Below, one piece after another: positions 54,280-62,474 of a stretch of 64,000 nt of DNA. The notes beneath the pieces were generated by a model. That model did not search any database and was not told where the DNA came from. It saw only the letters and a list, made by a program, of their open reading frames with translations. A program made the translations under genes and the position numbers. The stretch covers positions 559 to 64,558 of the forward strand of contig JAGAKG010000036.1 of assembly GCA_017625755.1 (NCBI GenBank), given 5' to 3'. The stretch is from Clostridia bacterium. Lineage in GTDB: Bacteria; Bacillota; Clostridia; Oscillospirales; CAG-272. How positions within the stretch are numbered: the first letter of the stretch is position 1; every line of letters begins with the position of its first letter.

Positions 54280-55920
54280 GTGAAAATAAAGAGAGAGAAG
54301 GAAAAAGGTGAGAGCGGATTTATATCGGGGGTGCTTATACTCTCGGTGTCTACATTTATCGTCAAGCTTATAGGACTTGCATATAAAATTCCGATGATAG
54401 CCCTGCTCGGTGCCGAGGGAATGGGATATTTCAACTCGGCTTACGAAATATACGCGCTTTTGTGCGTGATATCGACCGCGGGACTTCCCGTGGCGCTCTC
54501 AATGCTCATATCAGCTTGCCATGAGCGGGGAAGTGTCCGAGAGGCTGGGCGGGTATACCGCTCGGCGATGGCGGTGTTTGCCGTTCTTGGCGGCGTAGGG
54601 TGCGCCTTTATGCTCCTCTTTTCGGGTCAGCTTGCGCGCCTTATAGAAAGTCCCGACGCGGCGGCGTCTGTGGCGGCTATCGCCCCCGCGCTTCTGTTCG
54701 TATGTATTTCAAGCGCGGTGAGGGGGTATTTTCAAGGGCTTTGCAAAATGGCTCCAACGGCTATCTCTCAGCTCATTGAAGCGCTTGGAAAGCTGATACT
54801 CGGAGTGCTTTTCGCAAATCTCGCCCTCGGTGCGGGGTACGGCATACCAACCGCGGCGGCGTTCGCGATACTCGGAATAAGCATCGGAGCTATGCTCTCC
54901 GCGCTCTATCTGCTCCTTGCAAAGGCGATTCACAACCGTAAGGAGAGGGGGCTGGCGTTATCCACAAGGGAAAACGCGGAGAACGCTCGGAGCAAGGCTG
55001 TGAGCAATCTCTTTCGCATAGCGATTCCTATAACGCTCAGCTCGGCGGCGCTCAGCCTGACGAGAATAACCGATATGGCGCTCATTATGCGCAGACTTCA
55101 GGATATCGGATATAGCGCGGCGGGGGCAAACGCGATATACGGCTCCTATACCACGCTCGCAGTTCCTATGTTCGGACTTATCCCGTCGCTTATCACGCCC
55201 GTGGCTCTGGCTCTCGTTCCGCGGCTTTCGGCGGCGATAGAGCGAGGCTCTGATGCGGGGCAGTCCTCTGTGGCAGGCTCGGCTATGCGCATAACGGTAT
55301 TTTTCGCTATGCCCGCATCGTTTGGCGTGGCGATATACTCGGAGCCGATACTGAAGCTGCTTTTCTCGGGGGAGACCGAGGCGATAGCGGTGGCGGCGCC
55401 GCTTCTGTCAGTACTCGGAATATCCATACTTTTTTCCTGTATTATAACCACCACCAACGCAATACTTCAATCCTATCGCCAGACGGCGAAGCCGATAATT
55501 TCGGTGGCAGTAGGCGCGGCGGTGAAGATAGCGAGCGCGTATATACTCATAGGAATACCCTCGGTGGGGGTGTGGGGCGCGCCGATAAGCACACTGCTTT
55601 GCGATATTACGGTGACAGCGATAAATCTTTACTTTATAAATAAGAGCCTACCGAGAACCGAGAGCGTTATGAGCGTTTACGCAAGACCCTTCTGCGCATC
55701 GGTAGCTATGATAACGGTTTCCTACGCCGTCTATATGGCGGTCGGATTTTTTGGCGGAAATACCGTTATGTCCTTCGGCTTGGCGCTCATTTCTGCGATA
55801 GTCAGCTATTTTTTGTTCGCGTTTGTATTTGGCGCGGTGCGCGAGTCGGATATGCTTATGCTTCCCGCGGGAGGCAGAGCGCTTGAAATTGTGAGAAAAA
55901 CGGGACTTATAAGACCGTGA
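54280..55920 (+). CDS. MOP-superfamily flippase (YabM/SpoVB/MurJ-like polysaccharide biosynthesis protein)
   Basis: It has ~14 predicted TM helices and a GTG start. Its position upstream of mazG-yabO-yabP-yabQ-divIC mirrors B. subtilis yabM. Confidence 0.8.
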   Translation: MKIKREKEKGESGFISGVLILSVSTFIVKLIGLAYKIPMIALLGAEGMGYFNSAYEIYALLCVISTAGLPVALSMLISACHERGSVREAGRVYRSAMAVFAVLGGVGCAFMLLFSGQLARLIESPDAAASVAAIAPALLFVCISSAVRGYFQGLCKMAPTAISQLIEALGKLILGVLFANLALGAGYGIPTAAAFAILGISIGAMLSALYLLLAKAIHNRKERGLALSTRENAENARSKAVSNLFRIAIPITLSSAALSLTRITDMALIMRRLQDIGYSAAGANAIYGSYTTLAVPMFGLIPSLITPVALALVPRLSAAIERGSDAGQSSVAGSAMRITVFFAMPASFGVAIYSEPILKLLFSGETEAIAVAAPLLSVLGISILFSCIITTTNAILQSYRQTAKPIISVAVGAAVKIASAYILIGIPSVGVWGAPISTLLCDITVTAINLYFINKSLPRTESVMSVYARPFCASVAMITVSYAVYMAVGFFGGNTVMSFGLALISAIVSYFLFAFVFGAVRESDMLMLPAGGRALEIVRKTGLIRP

Positions 55921-55979
55921 GTATAAAAAACAGGATAGCCTGAGTCGGTTCGGGCTTATTCGATAAGGAGGAATAAAAA

Positions 55980-56786
55980 ATGACGACTAAGGAAAAGGCG
56001 GCTGCTCTTGCCGCAAAGGAGAAATACACATTCGATGACCTCGTGGAGATTATGGAGATACTGCGCTCGGAGGGCGGTTGCCCTTGGGACAGAGAGCAGG
56101 ACCACAAGAGTATCCGCGACGACTTTATAGAGGAGACATACGAGGTCATAGAGGCGATAGATACGGAAAATCCCGAGCTTCTTCGAGAGGAGCTTGGAGA
56201 TGTTATGCTTCAGATAGTATTCCACTCAAGAATTGAGGAGGAGTCGGGCAGCTTTTGCATCGACGATGTCGCGAACGATATATGCGTGAAAATGATACAC
56301 CGCCATCCCCATGTTTTTGGTGAGATATCTGTCGATACCTCGGCTCAGGTGCTTTCAAATTGGGAGAAGATAAAAAGCGAGGAGAAATCGAGAAAAACCG
56401 TTACGCAGAAGCTCAGGTCTATCCCGCCTATGCTCCCTGCGCTTATGCGCGCGACAAAGGTCGGTAAAAAGGCGTCCTGCTTCGATTTTGAGAACGCCGA
56501 GGCGGTTATGGATAAGCTCGCCGAGGAGATGGTAGAGGTAAGCGACGCTATGGCGGAGCAGAATGAGGACGCTATCGAGGAGGAGATAGGCGACCTGTTG
56601 CTTACCGTTACATCGCTTTGCCGCAAGGTGGGAGTCAATCCAGAGACGGCTCTCAATCGCGCCACAGATAAGTTTATCGGTCGATTTGAGATCATCGAAA
56701 ATGAGACGATTTCTATGGGTAAGGACATAAATTCAATGCAAATGACCGAGCTTGATGAAATTTGGGACAGAATCAAGCATAAATAA
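55980..56786 (+). CDS. mazG: Nucleoside triphosphate pyrophosphohydrolase MazG
   Basis: GCPWDREQDHKSIRDDFIEETYEV, HRHPHVFG; tandem MazG domains. Confidence 0.9.
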   Translation: MTTKEKAAALAAKEKYTFDDLVEIMEILRSEGGCPWDREQDHKSIRDDFIEETYEVIEAIDTENPELLREELGDVMLQIVFHSRIEEESGSFCIDDVANDICVKMIHRHPHVFGEISVDTSAQVLSNWEKIKSEEKSRKTVTQKLRSIPPMLPALMRATKVGKKASCFDFENAEAVMDKLAEEMVEVSDAMAEQNEDAIEEEIGDLLLTVTSLCRKVGVNPETALNRATDKFIGRFEIIENETISMGKDINSMQMTELDEIWDRIKHK

Positions 56787-56829
56787 GTGAAAAATGTATA
56801 AAAAAATTAGAAAAATCAGCAAAAAACTC

Positions 56830-56858
56830 TTGAAATTGCTAAAAATATATGATATAAT
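56830..56858 (+). promoter_or_regulatory. Strong sigma-A promoter TTGAAA-17-TGaTATAAT for hup
   Basis: TTGAAA lies at 56830-56835 and TGATATAAT at 56850-56858. Confidence 0.6.
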
Positions 56859-56923
56859 CTATACATAGGTATGCCGAATGAGATATTTTCGGTAAATTTT
56901 AAAATTTAGGAAGGAATAAAACT

Positions 56924-57196
56924 ATGAACAAGACACAGTTTATCGAAGCAATCGCAGCAAAAGCAGATATTAAGAAGAAGGACGCTGAGGCAGCAGTTAA
57001 CGCAATGACAGAAGTTATCGCAGAGACTCTCAAGGCAGGCGAGAAGATTCAGCTTGTTGGCTTCGGAACATTCGAGGTTAAGGAAAGAGCGGCAAGAGAC
57101 GGTCGTAACCCCAAGACAGGTGAGACCATCAAGATTGCAGCTTCCAAGTCCCCCGCATTCTCCGCTGGTAAGGGTCTTAAGGACGCAGTAAACTAA
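56924..57196 (+). CDS. hup: DNA-binding protein HU
   Basis: [11 protein letters not shown]...[22 protein letters not shown]. Confidence 0.95.
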   Translation: MNKTQFIEAIAAKADIKKKDAEAAVNAMTEVIAETLKAGEKIQLVGFGTFEVKERAARDGRNPKTGETIKIAASKSPAFSAGKGLKDAVN

Positions 57197-57216
57197 TTAT
57201 TGTCTGTTTATACATT

Positions 57217-57254
57217 AGGCGGCAAGGGAGTTCTCTTTGCCGCCTTTGTATTTT
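57217..57254 (+). terminator. Rho-independent terminator of hup
   Basis: AGGCGGCAA-gggagttctct-TTGCCGCCT is followed by TTGTATTTT. Confidence 0.8.
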
Positions 57255-57269
57255 GGAGGTGAGATTCTG

Positions 57270-57512
57270 ATGAGACTCGACAAATATCTCAAGGTATCCA
57301 GAATAATCAAGAGAAGGACTGTGGCTAATGACGCGTGTGACGCAGACCATATAAGCGTGAACGGCAGAGTTGCCAAGGCATCGTATGATGTCAAGGTAGG
57401 AGATGTAATAGAGGTCAGCTTTGGGCAGAGACGGCTCAAGGTCAGAGTGCTGAGTGTCAAGGATACGGTAGCCAAGGCAGACGCCGCGGGAATGTATGAG
57501 ATAATAGAATAA
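57270..57512 (+). CDS. yabO: RNA-binding S4 domain protein (YabO/Hsp15-like)
   Basis: [19 protein letters not shown]... The start is set at ATG 57270 after GGAGGTGA. Confidence 0.85.
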   Translation: MRLDKYLKVSRIIKRRTVANDACDADHISVNGRVAKASYDVKVGDVIEVSFGQRRLKVRVLSVKDTVAKADAAGMYEIIE

Positions 57513-57521
57513 AAAAAGAAG

Positions 57522-57562
57522 GCTCCGCATATTCATTTTATTGATGAGTATGCGGAGTTTTT
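57522..57562 (+). terminator. Rho-independent terminator
   Basis: CTCCGCATA-ttcattttattgatgag-TATGCGGAG is followed by TTTTT. Confidence 0.75.
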
Positions 57563-57581
57563 GATTTGAGGAGGGTTATAT

Positions 57582-57860
57582 ATGAACGGCGCGAAGGAAG
57601 GTCAAGTACACGGAATAGCTCTTGAGATGCGTAAGCACATGGAGATAACGGGAGTGCGCGAGGTGGTGAGCTTCGACGATGTGTGCGTGGTGCTTAAAAC
57701 GGTGTGCGGAGAGCTCACGGCAGAGGGGAAGGAAATGAAGATAAATATCCTTGACACTGAGCGCGGAGTGGTGACGCTCGACGGAAAGGTAGACGCGATA
57801 TTTTACACAGATACCACCGATACGCCCCACCGCGGACTGTTCGGGAAGCTGCTCAAATAA
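57582..57860 (+). CDS. yabP: Sporulation protein YabP
   Basis: LEMRKHMEITGVREVVSFDD...LDGKVDAIFY fits the YabP family. Confidence 0.85.
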   Translation: MNGAKEGQVHGIALEMRKHMEITGVREVVSFDDVCVVLKTVCGELTAEGKEMKINILDTERGVVTLDGKVDAIFYTDTTDTPHRGLFGKLLK

Positions 57861-58486
57861 TGGAGATATCGCCGTATATGCTGACGCTTCTGTTGATATA
57901 CTCGTTTTTGTTCGGTATGTCAGCAGGGGCGCTAAACGATATCAACAGGATAATTCGCGCCCTTATGGGGATAAGATATTCGGCAAAGAGCTTTGAGCGG
58001 CTTTATTCAATAAAGCTTCCGTTTGTGGGTGTACTTGAGCGGGGCAGCGAGAAGAAAAGAGTCAAGCGATGGATTGAGGCGGTACTGATATTTCTTCAGG
58101 ATATCCTTCTTTTTGCCTATCTCGGGTGCGGAACGGTGATATTGAATTATTACCTCAACCGAGGGCAGTTCCGCCTTTATACCATAGCCGCTGTGGCGGC
58201 GGGCTTTGCGATTTACTATTTCACGCTTGGAAAGCTTGTAATCTTTCTGTCCGAAGGGATAATCTTTTTCGTCAGAGCCGCAGTGCGGATAATACTATAC
58301 CTTGTCTCGCGTCCATTCGTTTATCTTGGGCGCGTGGTGGTAAAAATATTGCGGACGCTCAGGAAAAAAATCGCGTCGGGTATTGCAAAAAAGCGGATAA
58401 TGCGGTATAATAAAACAAAGCGGAGAGAGTTGCTCGAGCTGTCCCGCAAAGGATTTCAAAACGAAGGAGAGAAAAATGGCGCTTGA
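57860..58486 (+). CDS. yabQ: Spore cortex biosynthesis protein YabQ
   Basis: It is a multi-TM protein translationally coupled (TAATG) to yabP. Confidence 0.75.
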   Translation: MEISPYMLTLLLIYSFLFGMSAGALNDINRIIRALMGIRYSAKSFERLYSIKLPFVGVLERGSEKKRVKRWIEAVLIFLQDILLFAYLGCGTVILNYYLNRGQFRLYTIAAVAAGFAIYYFTLGKLVIFLSEGIIFFVRAAVRIILYLVSRPFVYLGRVVVKILRTLRKKIASGIAKKRIMRYNKTKRRELLELSRKGFQNEGEKNGA

Positions 58487-58772
58487 AAAGTATTTTGTGG
58501 AAAAAAAGACGCTGCTTGCGTCGGTCGTAAAAGCATTTATCGCTCTGTTTTTTGTCTTTGCCGTTGTGTTTTTTCTCTGGAGCGTTATGAAATATAATAA
58601 AATAATGGACGAAAAAGCCGAAAAAGAAGCATATATAGAGCAGCTTCAGGACGATATAGACGAGCTTGAATATCTCGTTGAAATGCCGCTCGACGATAAT
58701 TACAAGATAAGAATAGCCCGCGAGCGACTCGGAATGTGCTTCCCCGACGAGATAATATTTTACACCGATTGA
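58476..58772 (+). CDS. divIC: Septum formation initiator (DivIC/FtsB family)
   Basis: It has one TM helix and a coiled coil (EKEAYIEQLQDDIDELEY) followed by YKIRIARERLGM. Confidence 0.85.
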   Translation: MALEKYFVEKKTLLASVVKAFIALFFVFAVVFFLWSVMKYNKIMDEKAEKEAYIEQLQDDIDELEYLVEMPLDDNYKIRIARERLGMCFPDEIIFYTD

Positions 58773-58807
58773 GCCACAATACATACTGAATATATAATAA
58801 ATGAAGA

Positions 58808-58853
58808 ATCCCACCGCAGTACATTGATCTGCCGTGGGATATCTTTTTATTTG
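58808..58853. terminator. Terminator hairpin between divIC and the convergent AraC gene
   Basis: ATCCCACCGCAG-tacattgat-CTGCCGTGGGAT (11/12) is followed by ATCTTTTTATTT. Confidence 0.7.
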
Positions 58854-59704
58854 TTTGCGTTTTTGGATGACCTCAAATTTTTTCTGTAAGCGCTAGGCGA
58901 GAGACCGTTACAATGCTTTTTAAAGACAAGGCAGAAATAATTTGGATCGGAAAATCCGACCGAGTTGGAAATTTCGGCTATCGAAAGCTCTGTATTTTCA
59001 AGTAGTATTTTTGCTCTTTGAATGCGGTGGTTTGTTAAGTGCTTCATAGGTGTTATTCCCATTTCCGCTTTAAAGCGCTTATTCATATAACTTACCGATA
59101 TGTTGACCGCGTTTGCGATATCTTCCTCACGGGCGATAGAGGCGTAGTTCTTCTTTATGAAATCTATTATCGTATCAACTAAAGGAGAGATTTCTCTGTT
59201 CGGACTCGTATTTGTCTGCGTGCTGTGTAGAGCAAAAATCGAAAAAAGCCCTGATAGCATATAATATCCGTCGTTTTTGTCGATATAATTTGATGGCTTC
59301 ATAAGCTCTTGAAAAATTGCGACAGCCTGGTCCATATAGTGGCAGGGAGCTGAGAGAGAATCATTAGTAAACCCCAATTTCTCAAATGTGGTTTTAGCAC
59401 TCGTTCCGTTGACAAGTATCCAATATTGTTCAATATTTTCAACATTTGAGGAGGGGGCAACTTCATAGGTGTGTGCTTCGGGAGTGAGCAAAAAAATGGA
59501 GGGAGCCTCAAGGATACGACCGTTATGAATTATCTTGCCTTTTACAAGATAATGAAGGGTATAGCAATCGGAAAGAATATATTTTGGACGATAGCCTGCG
59601 GGAGGAGTGTTGTATCCAACCTCGGAAACGAGCAAGGCAGAATTGTTATTTGATTCCGAAAAACAAATGCAGGTGTTATGATGCTTTCTTTTTAAGATCT
59701 TCAT
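58847..59704 (-). CDS. AraC family transcriptional regulator
   Basis: The C-terminal HTH is SIAEISNSVGFSDPNYFCLVFKKHCNGLSPSAYR. It is divergent from the secreted-protein locus. Confidence 0.85.
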   Translation of the reverse strand: MKILKRKHHNTCICFSESNNNSALLVSEVGYNTPPAGYRPKYILSDCYTLHYLVKGKIIHNGRILEAPSIFLLTPEAHTYEVAPSSNVENIEQYWILVNGTSAKTTFEKLGFTNDSLSAPCHYMDQAVAIFQELMKPSNYIDKNDGYYMLSGLFSIFALHSTQTNTSPNREISPLVDTIIDFIKKNYASIAREEDIANAVNISVSYMNKRFKAEMGITPMKHLTNHRIQRAKILLENTELSIAEISNSVGFSDPNYFCLVFKKHCNGLSPSAYRKNLRSSKNANK

Positions 59705-59947
59705 AGCGCTATCTCCTTTCCGGATTTTTTATTTAAGTTAATTATAACATTTATATTATTTATCGTCAATCACAGGAGCAAATATTATAGATATTGGATT
59801 AAACAATCTATTTTAATAAAGTTTCTTGTATGATATACTGATAAAGCAGACAAGGAGGCTTCTTTTGATATGTAAAAAATATTGTAAGAAAACGGAAGCT
59901 TCCGAGTTAAATTCTTAAAATAAAAAAACACAAAAAGGAGAAAAGTA

Positions 59948-62206
59948 ATGAAAAGAGCATTATCTTTAATTCTTGCTCTCGTTATGGTTGCCTTGATGAT
60001 ACCCTTCTCGGCATTTGTAACGAGCGCGACAGACGGCGAGACAGGTGATACAGGTGAGACGAAAACCGTTACCTCTCCCGTAGAGCTTGACGAAGCGAAG
60101 TACAGTACGCTTTATTCTGTTGATTTCAGCAAGGTTACAAATGCCGACGAGCTTGACGCGGCGGGGTGGTATATCACTGCGGGAAGCGGATATACGGTAG
60201 CATCAAATGCGTTGACTTACTCCGAGGAGGGACTGTATTATCGTCCCGCAAAGGGTGTGGATCTTACGTGTGGAGGTGAGTCCTTTAACACCGCGGATAG
60301 CTTTGTTGTGGATTTTAGCTTTAAGTTAAATCAAAATCCGAGATACTTATATCTTCGTTTTGACAAGACCAATCCTCAGGAATATCTTGGGCACGGCGGA
60401 AACGGTTCCGCTTGGACGCTCAGAGGAAACTCCAGCTTTGACTGGGACGGTTCAAGCTTCTACGAGAACGATACGTATTCCACGTCTTTGGGTACAAAAA
60501 GCTTGAGCGCGGTAAGCGCAGATGCGGCAGCGGCTGTTACCGGCGGAGATGCGGATGACAGGGCTGATGTGAGATTGCGATTGTTTATTGTTGGCGGAAA
60601 ATCACAGTATGCGGTAATGGATATCACGGGCGCTGACGGAACGGATTACGGTCAGTTCTACCTGATGGACAGCGTTGCTAATACCGTCGCGGACGGGGGA
60701 TATTTCTTTATTGGTGTTAACGACAATGCGTCGGCTACTCGCCAGATGCTTCTGAAATCCTTTACCGTTCATAAATACAATGATGTTCCTGCGGTGGAAT
60801 ATGACGAAGATGAGTACGCCTCACCGCTTTATTCGGTTAACTTTGGAGAAATCGCAGACGCGGACGCGCTTGACACGGCGGGCTGGAAGCTTACGGCGAA
60901 TTCTGGAACTACGGCGGGCGCTAATACCTTCAGCTATAGCGCGGACGGATTGCTGTATCACCCCCAAAAGAACGTAAACTTTATCTGCGGAGGTTTTTCC
61001 TTTAACGCCACAGATAATTTTGTTATAGACTACACCTTTAAAATGGCTCCCTCACCGAGAACGGTTCATATGCATTTTAATACCACGGACCCTTCGGCTT
61101 TCACGGGTTCGACCTCTAACAGCGACAGATGGCTCTTCAGAGGAAACGACGGTGAAATGGCGTGGGACGCATCAAGCTTCCGCAATTCAACCTATACGTC
61201 CGAATCTAAAGGCGATAATTTGAAATCGGTGGACTCGGAGGCTGCAACTGCGGTGATGACCGATAAGGTAGACGTAAGAATACGAATATTCGTTATCGCG
61301 GGAGAGTCGCAGTATGCTGTTATGGACATTGACGGTGCAGGACGGTATTACATAAAAGACAACGTAGCTAACGCGGTTGCTGACGGAAGCTATTTTGCCT
61401 TTTCTTCGGGTGACGGTCAGACGGTTGGTACGAGAGGCTTACTCCTGAAGAATTTTTCAATTTATAAGTATGATACTCCCGACGCGGTTCCTGTATCCGA
61501 CAAGGCTTGCGTTACCACAACCGAGGGGGCAGGCTGGTATATCTACGACGGACTTACCGTTGACGCTACCGATTACACGTCTGATATTCTCTGCGTGAAA
61601 GAGGGAGATGCTTACAGCGCAAATACTGTCCTTACCGTAGAGGCAGGCAAGACCTACGAGATAATAAGTCACAGCGGTATCGCGGCAGGTGATGCCGAGC
61701 TTCGTCTCGCCTCCAACCCCGGTATAAGATACAAGACCTTGTTCAACGATAAAGCCGATTATGACTTTATTATGGCTAATATAAATCCCGAGGCTATCGT
61801 GGACGTTAAGATGGGAACTCTCATAACCCTGAAGGAATATGCCGACGCTCTGACCGAGGCAGAGAAAGAGCTTACGGCGGAAAACCTCGCGGCTTACGGA
61901 GAGGAGCAGGGAAAGAAGGTTTATATGGATGTTACCGCGGACGCGGCAAATCTTTACGCCGAGAACACCTTTGCAGGCTCGGTTGTAGGCGTTAAGGCTT
62001 ACGACAGAAGCTATGTCGCGAGAGCGTATATAACCTTGACCTTTGGCGACGCAACAACCGTTACTCTCTATACCGACGCAAGCGCGGCAACCTCTGTTGC
62101 GGAGCTTGCCAAGGCAATAGTTGACGGCGGATACGCGGGCTATGACGACGCTACCCAGCAGGCGGCTCTCGATTATCTCGCAACCTTTGTAGCCGCGGCT
62201 GAATAA
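59948..62206 (+). CDS. Secreted 752-aa protein with two tandem copies of an unassigned ~225-aa domain and a C-terminal unknown region
   Basis: The signal peptide is MKRALSLILALVMVALMIPFSAFVTSA. The internal duplication (residues ~45-278 and ~285-505) was read directly from the translation. Confidence 0.75.
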   Translation: MKRALSLILALVMVALMIPFSAFVTSATDGETGDTGETKTVTSPVELDEAKYSTLYSVDFSKVTNADELDAAGWYITAGSGYTVASNALTYSEEGLYYRPAKGVDLTCGGESFNTADSFVVDFSFKLNQNPRYLYLRFDKTNPQEYLGHGGNGSAWTLRGNSSFDWDGSSFYENDTYSTSLGTKSLSAVSADAAAAVTGGDADDRADVRLRLFIVGGKSQYAVMDITGADGTDYGQFYLMDSVANTVADGGYFFIGVNDNASATRQMLLKSFTVHKYNDVPAVEYDEDEYASPLYSVNFGEIADADALDTAGWKLTANSGTTAGANTFSYSADGLLYHPQKNVNFICGGFSFNATDNFVIDYTFKMAPSPRTVHMHFNTTDPSAFTGSTSNSDRWLFRGNDGEMAWDASSFRNSTYTSESKGDNLKSVDSEAATAVMTDKVDVRIRIFVIAGESQYAVMDIDGAGRYYIKDNVANAVADGSYFAFSSGDGQTVGTRGLLLKNFSIYKYDTPDAVPVSDKACVTTTEGAGWYIYDGLTVDATDYTSDILCVKEGDAYSANTVLTVEAGKTYEIISHSGIAAGDAELRLASNPGIRYKTLFNDKADYDFIMANINPEAIVDVKMGTLITLKEYADALTEAEKELTAENLAAYGEEQGKKVYMDVTADAANLYAENTFAGSVVGVKAYDRSYVARAYITLTFGDATTVTLYTDASAATSVAELAKAIVDGGYAGYDDATQQAALDYLATFVAAAE

Positions 62207-62224
62207 TAAAGGGAGGTAACGGAA

Positions 62225-62374
62225 ATGAAAAAGAATTATATATCCCCCGAGCTTACGGCTTTGTTGCTTGAAGCTGAGGATGTGATTACCTCTTCGTCTG
62301 TGCTTGATTCTCTCGGCGCTATTATCGCGGGAGACAACGCAAGCGATCCCGCTATGTCGGACGATATAGAATAA
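62225..62374 (+). CDS. 49-aa acidic hypothetical peptide
   Basis: It is not in the ORF track because it is under 60 aa. AAGGGAGG SD lies 8 nt before ATG 62225, which is 18 nt after the upstream stop. The sequence is MKKNYISPELTALLLEAEDVITSSSVLDSLGAIIAGDNASDPAMSDDIE. Confidence 0.45.
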   Translation: MKKNYISPELTALLLEAEDVITSSSVLDSLGAIIAGDNASDPAMSDDIE

Positions 62375-62394
62375 TAATCAAATATTGTGAATAT

Positions 62395-62442
62395 ACGCCC
62401 TCGGGTTCTTCCTTGGGAGGGAGCACGAGGGCGTTATTTATC
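62395..62442 (+). terminator. Hairpin / partial terminator between the peptide ORF and the second paralog
   Basis: ACGCCCTCG-(22 nt, internally paired)-CGAGGGCGT is followed by TATTTAT. Confidence 0.45.
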
Positions 62443-62474
62443 GGCAAAAACAAAATAAACAAGGAGAAAAAATA

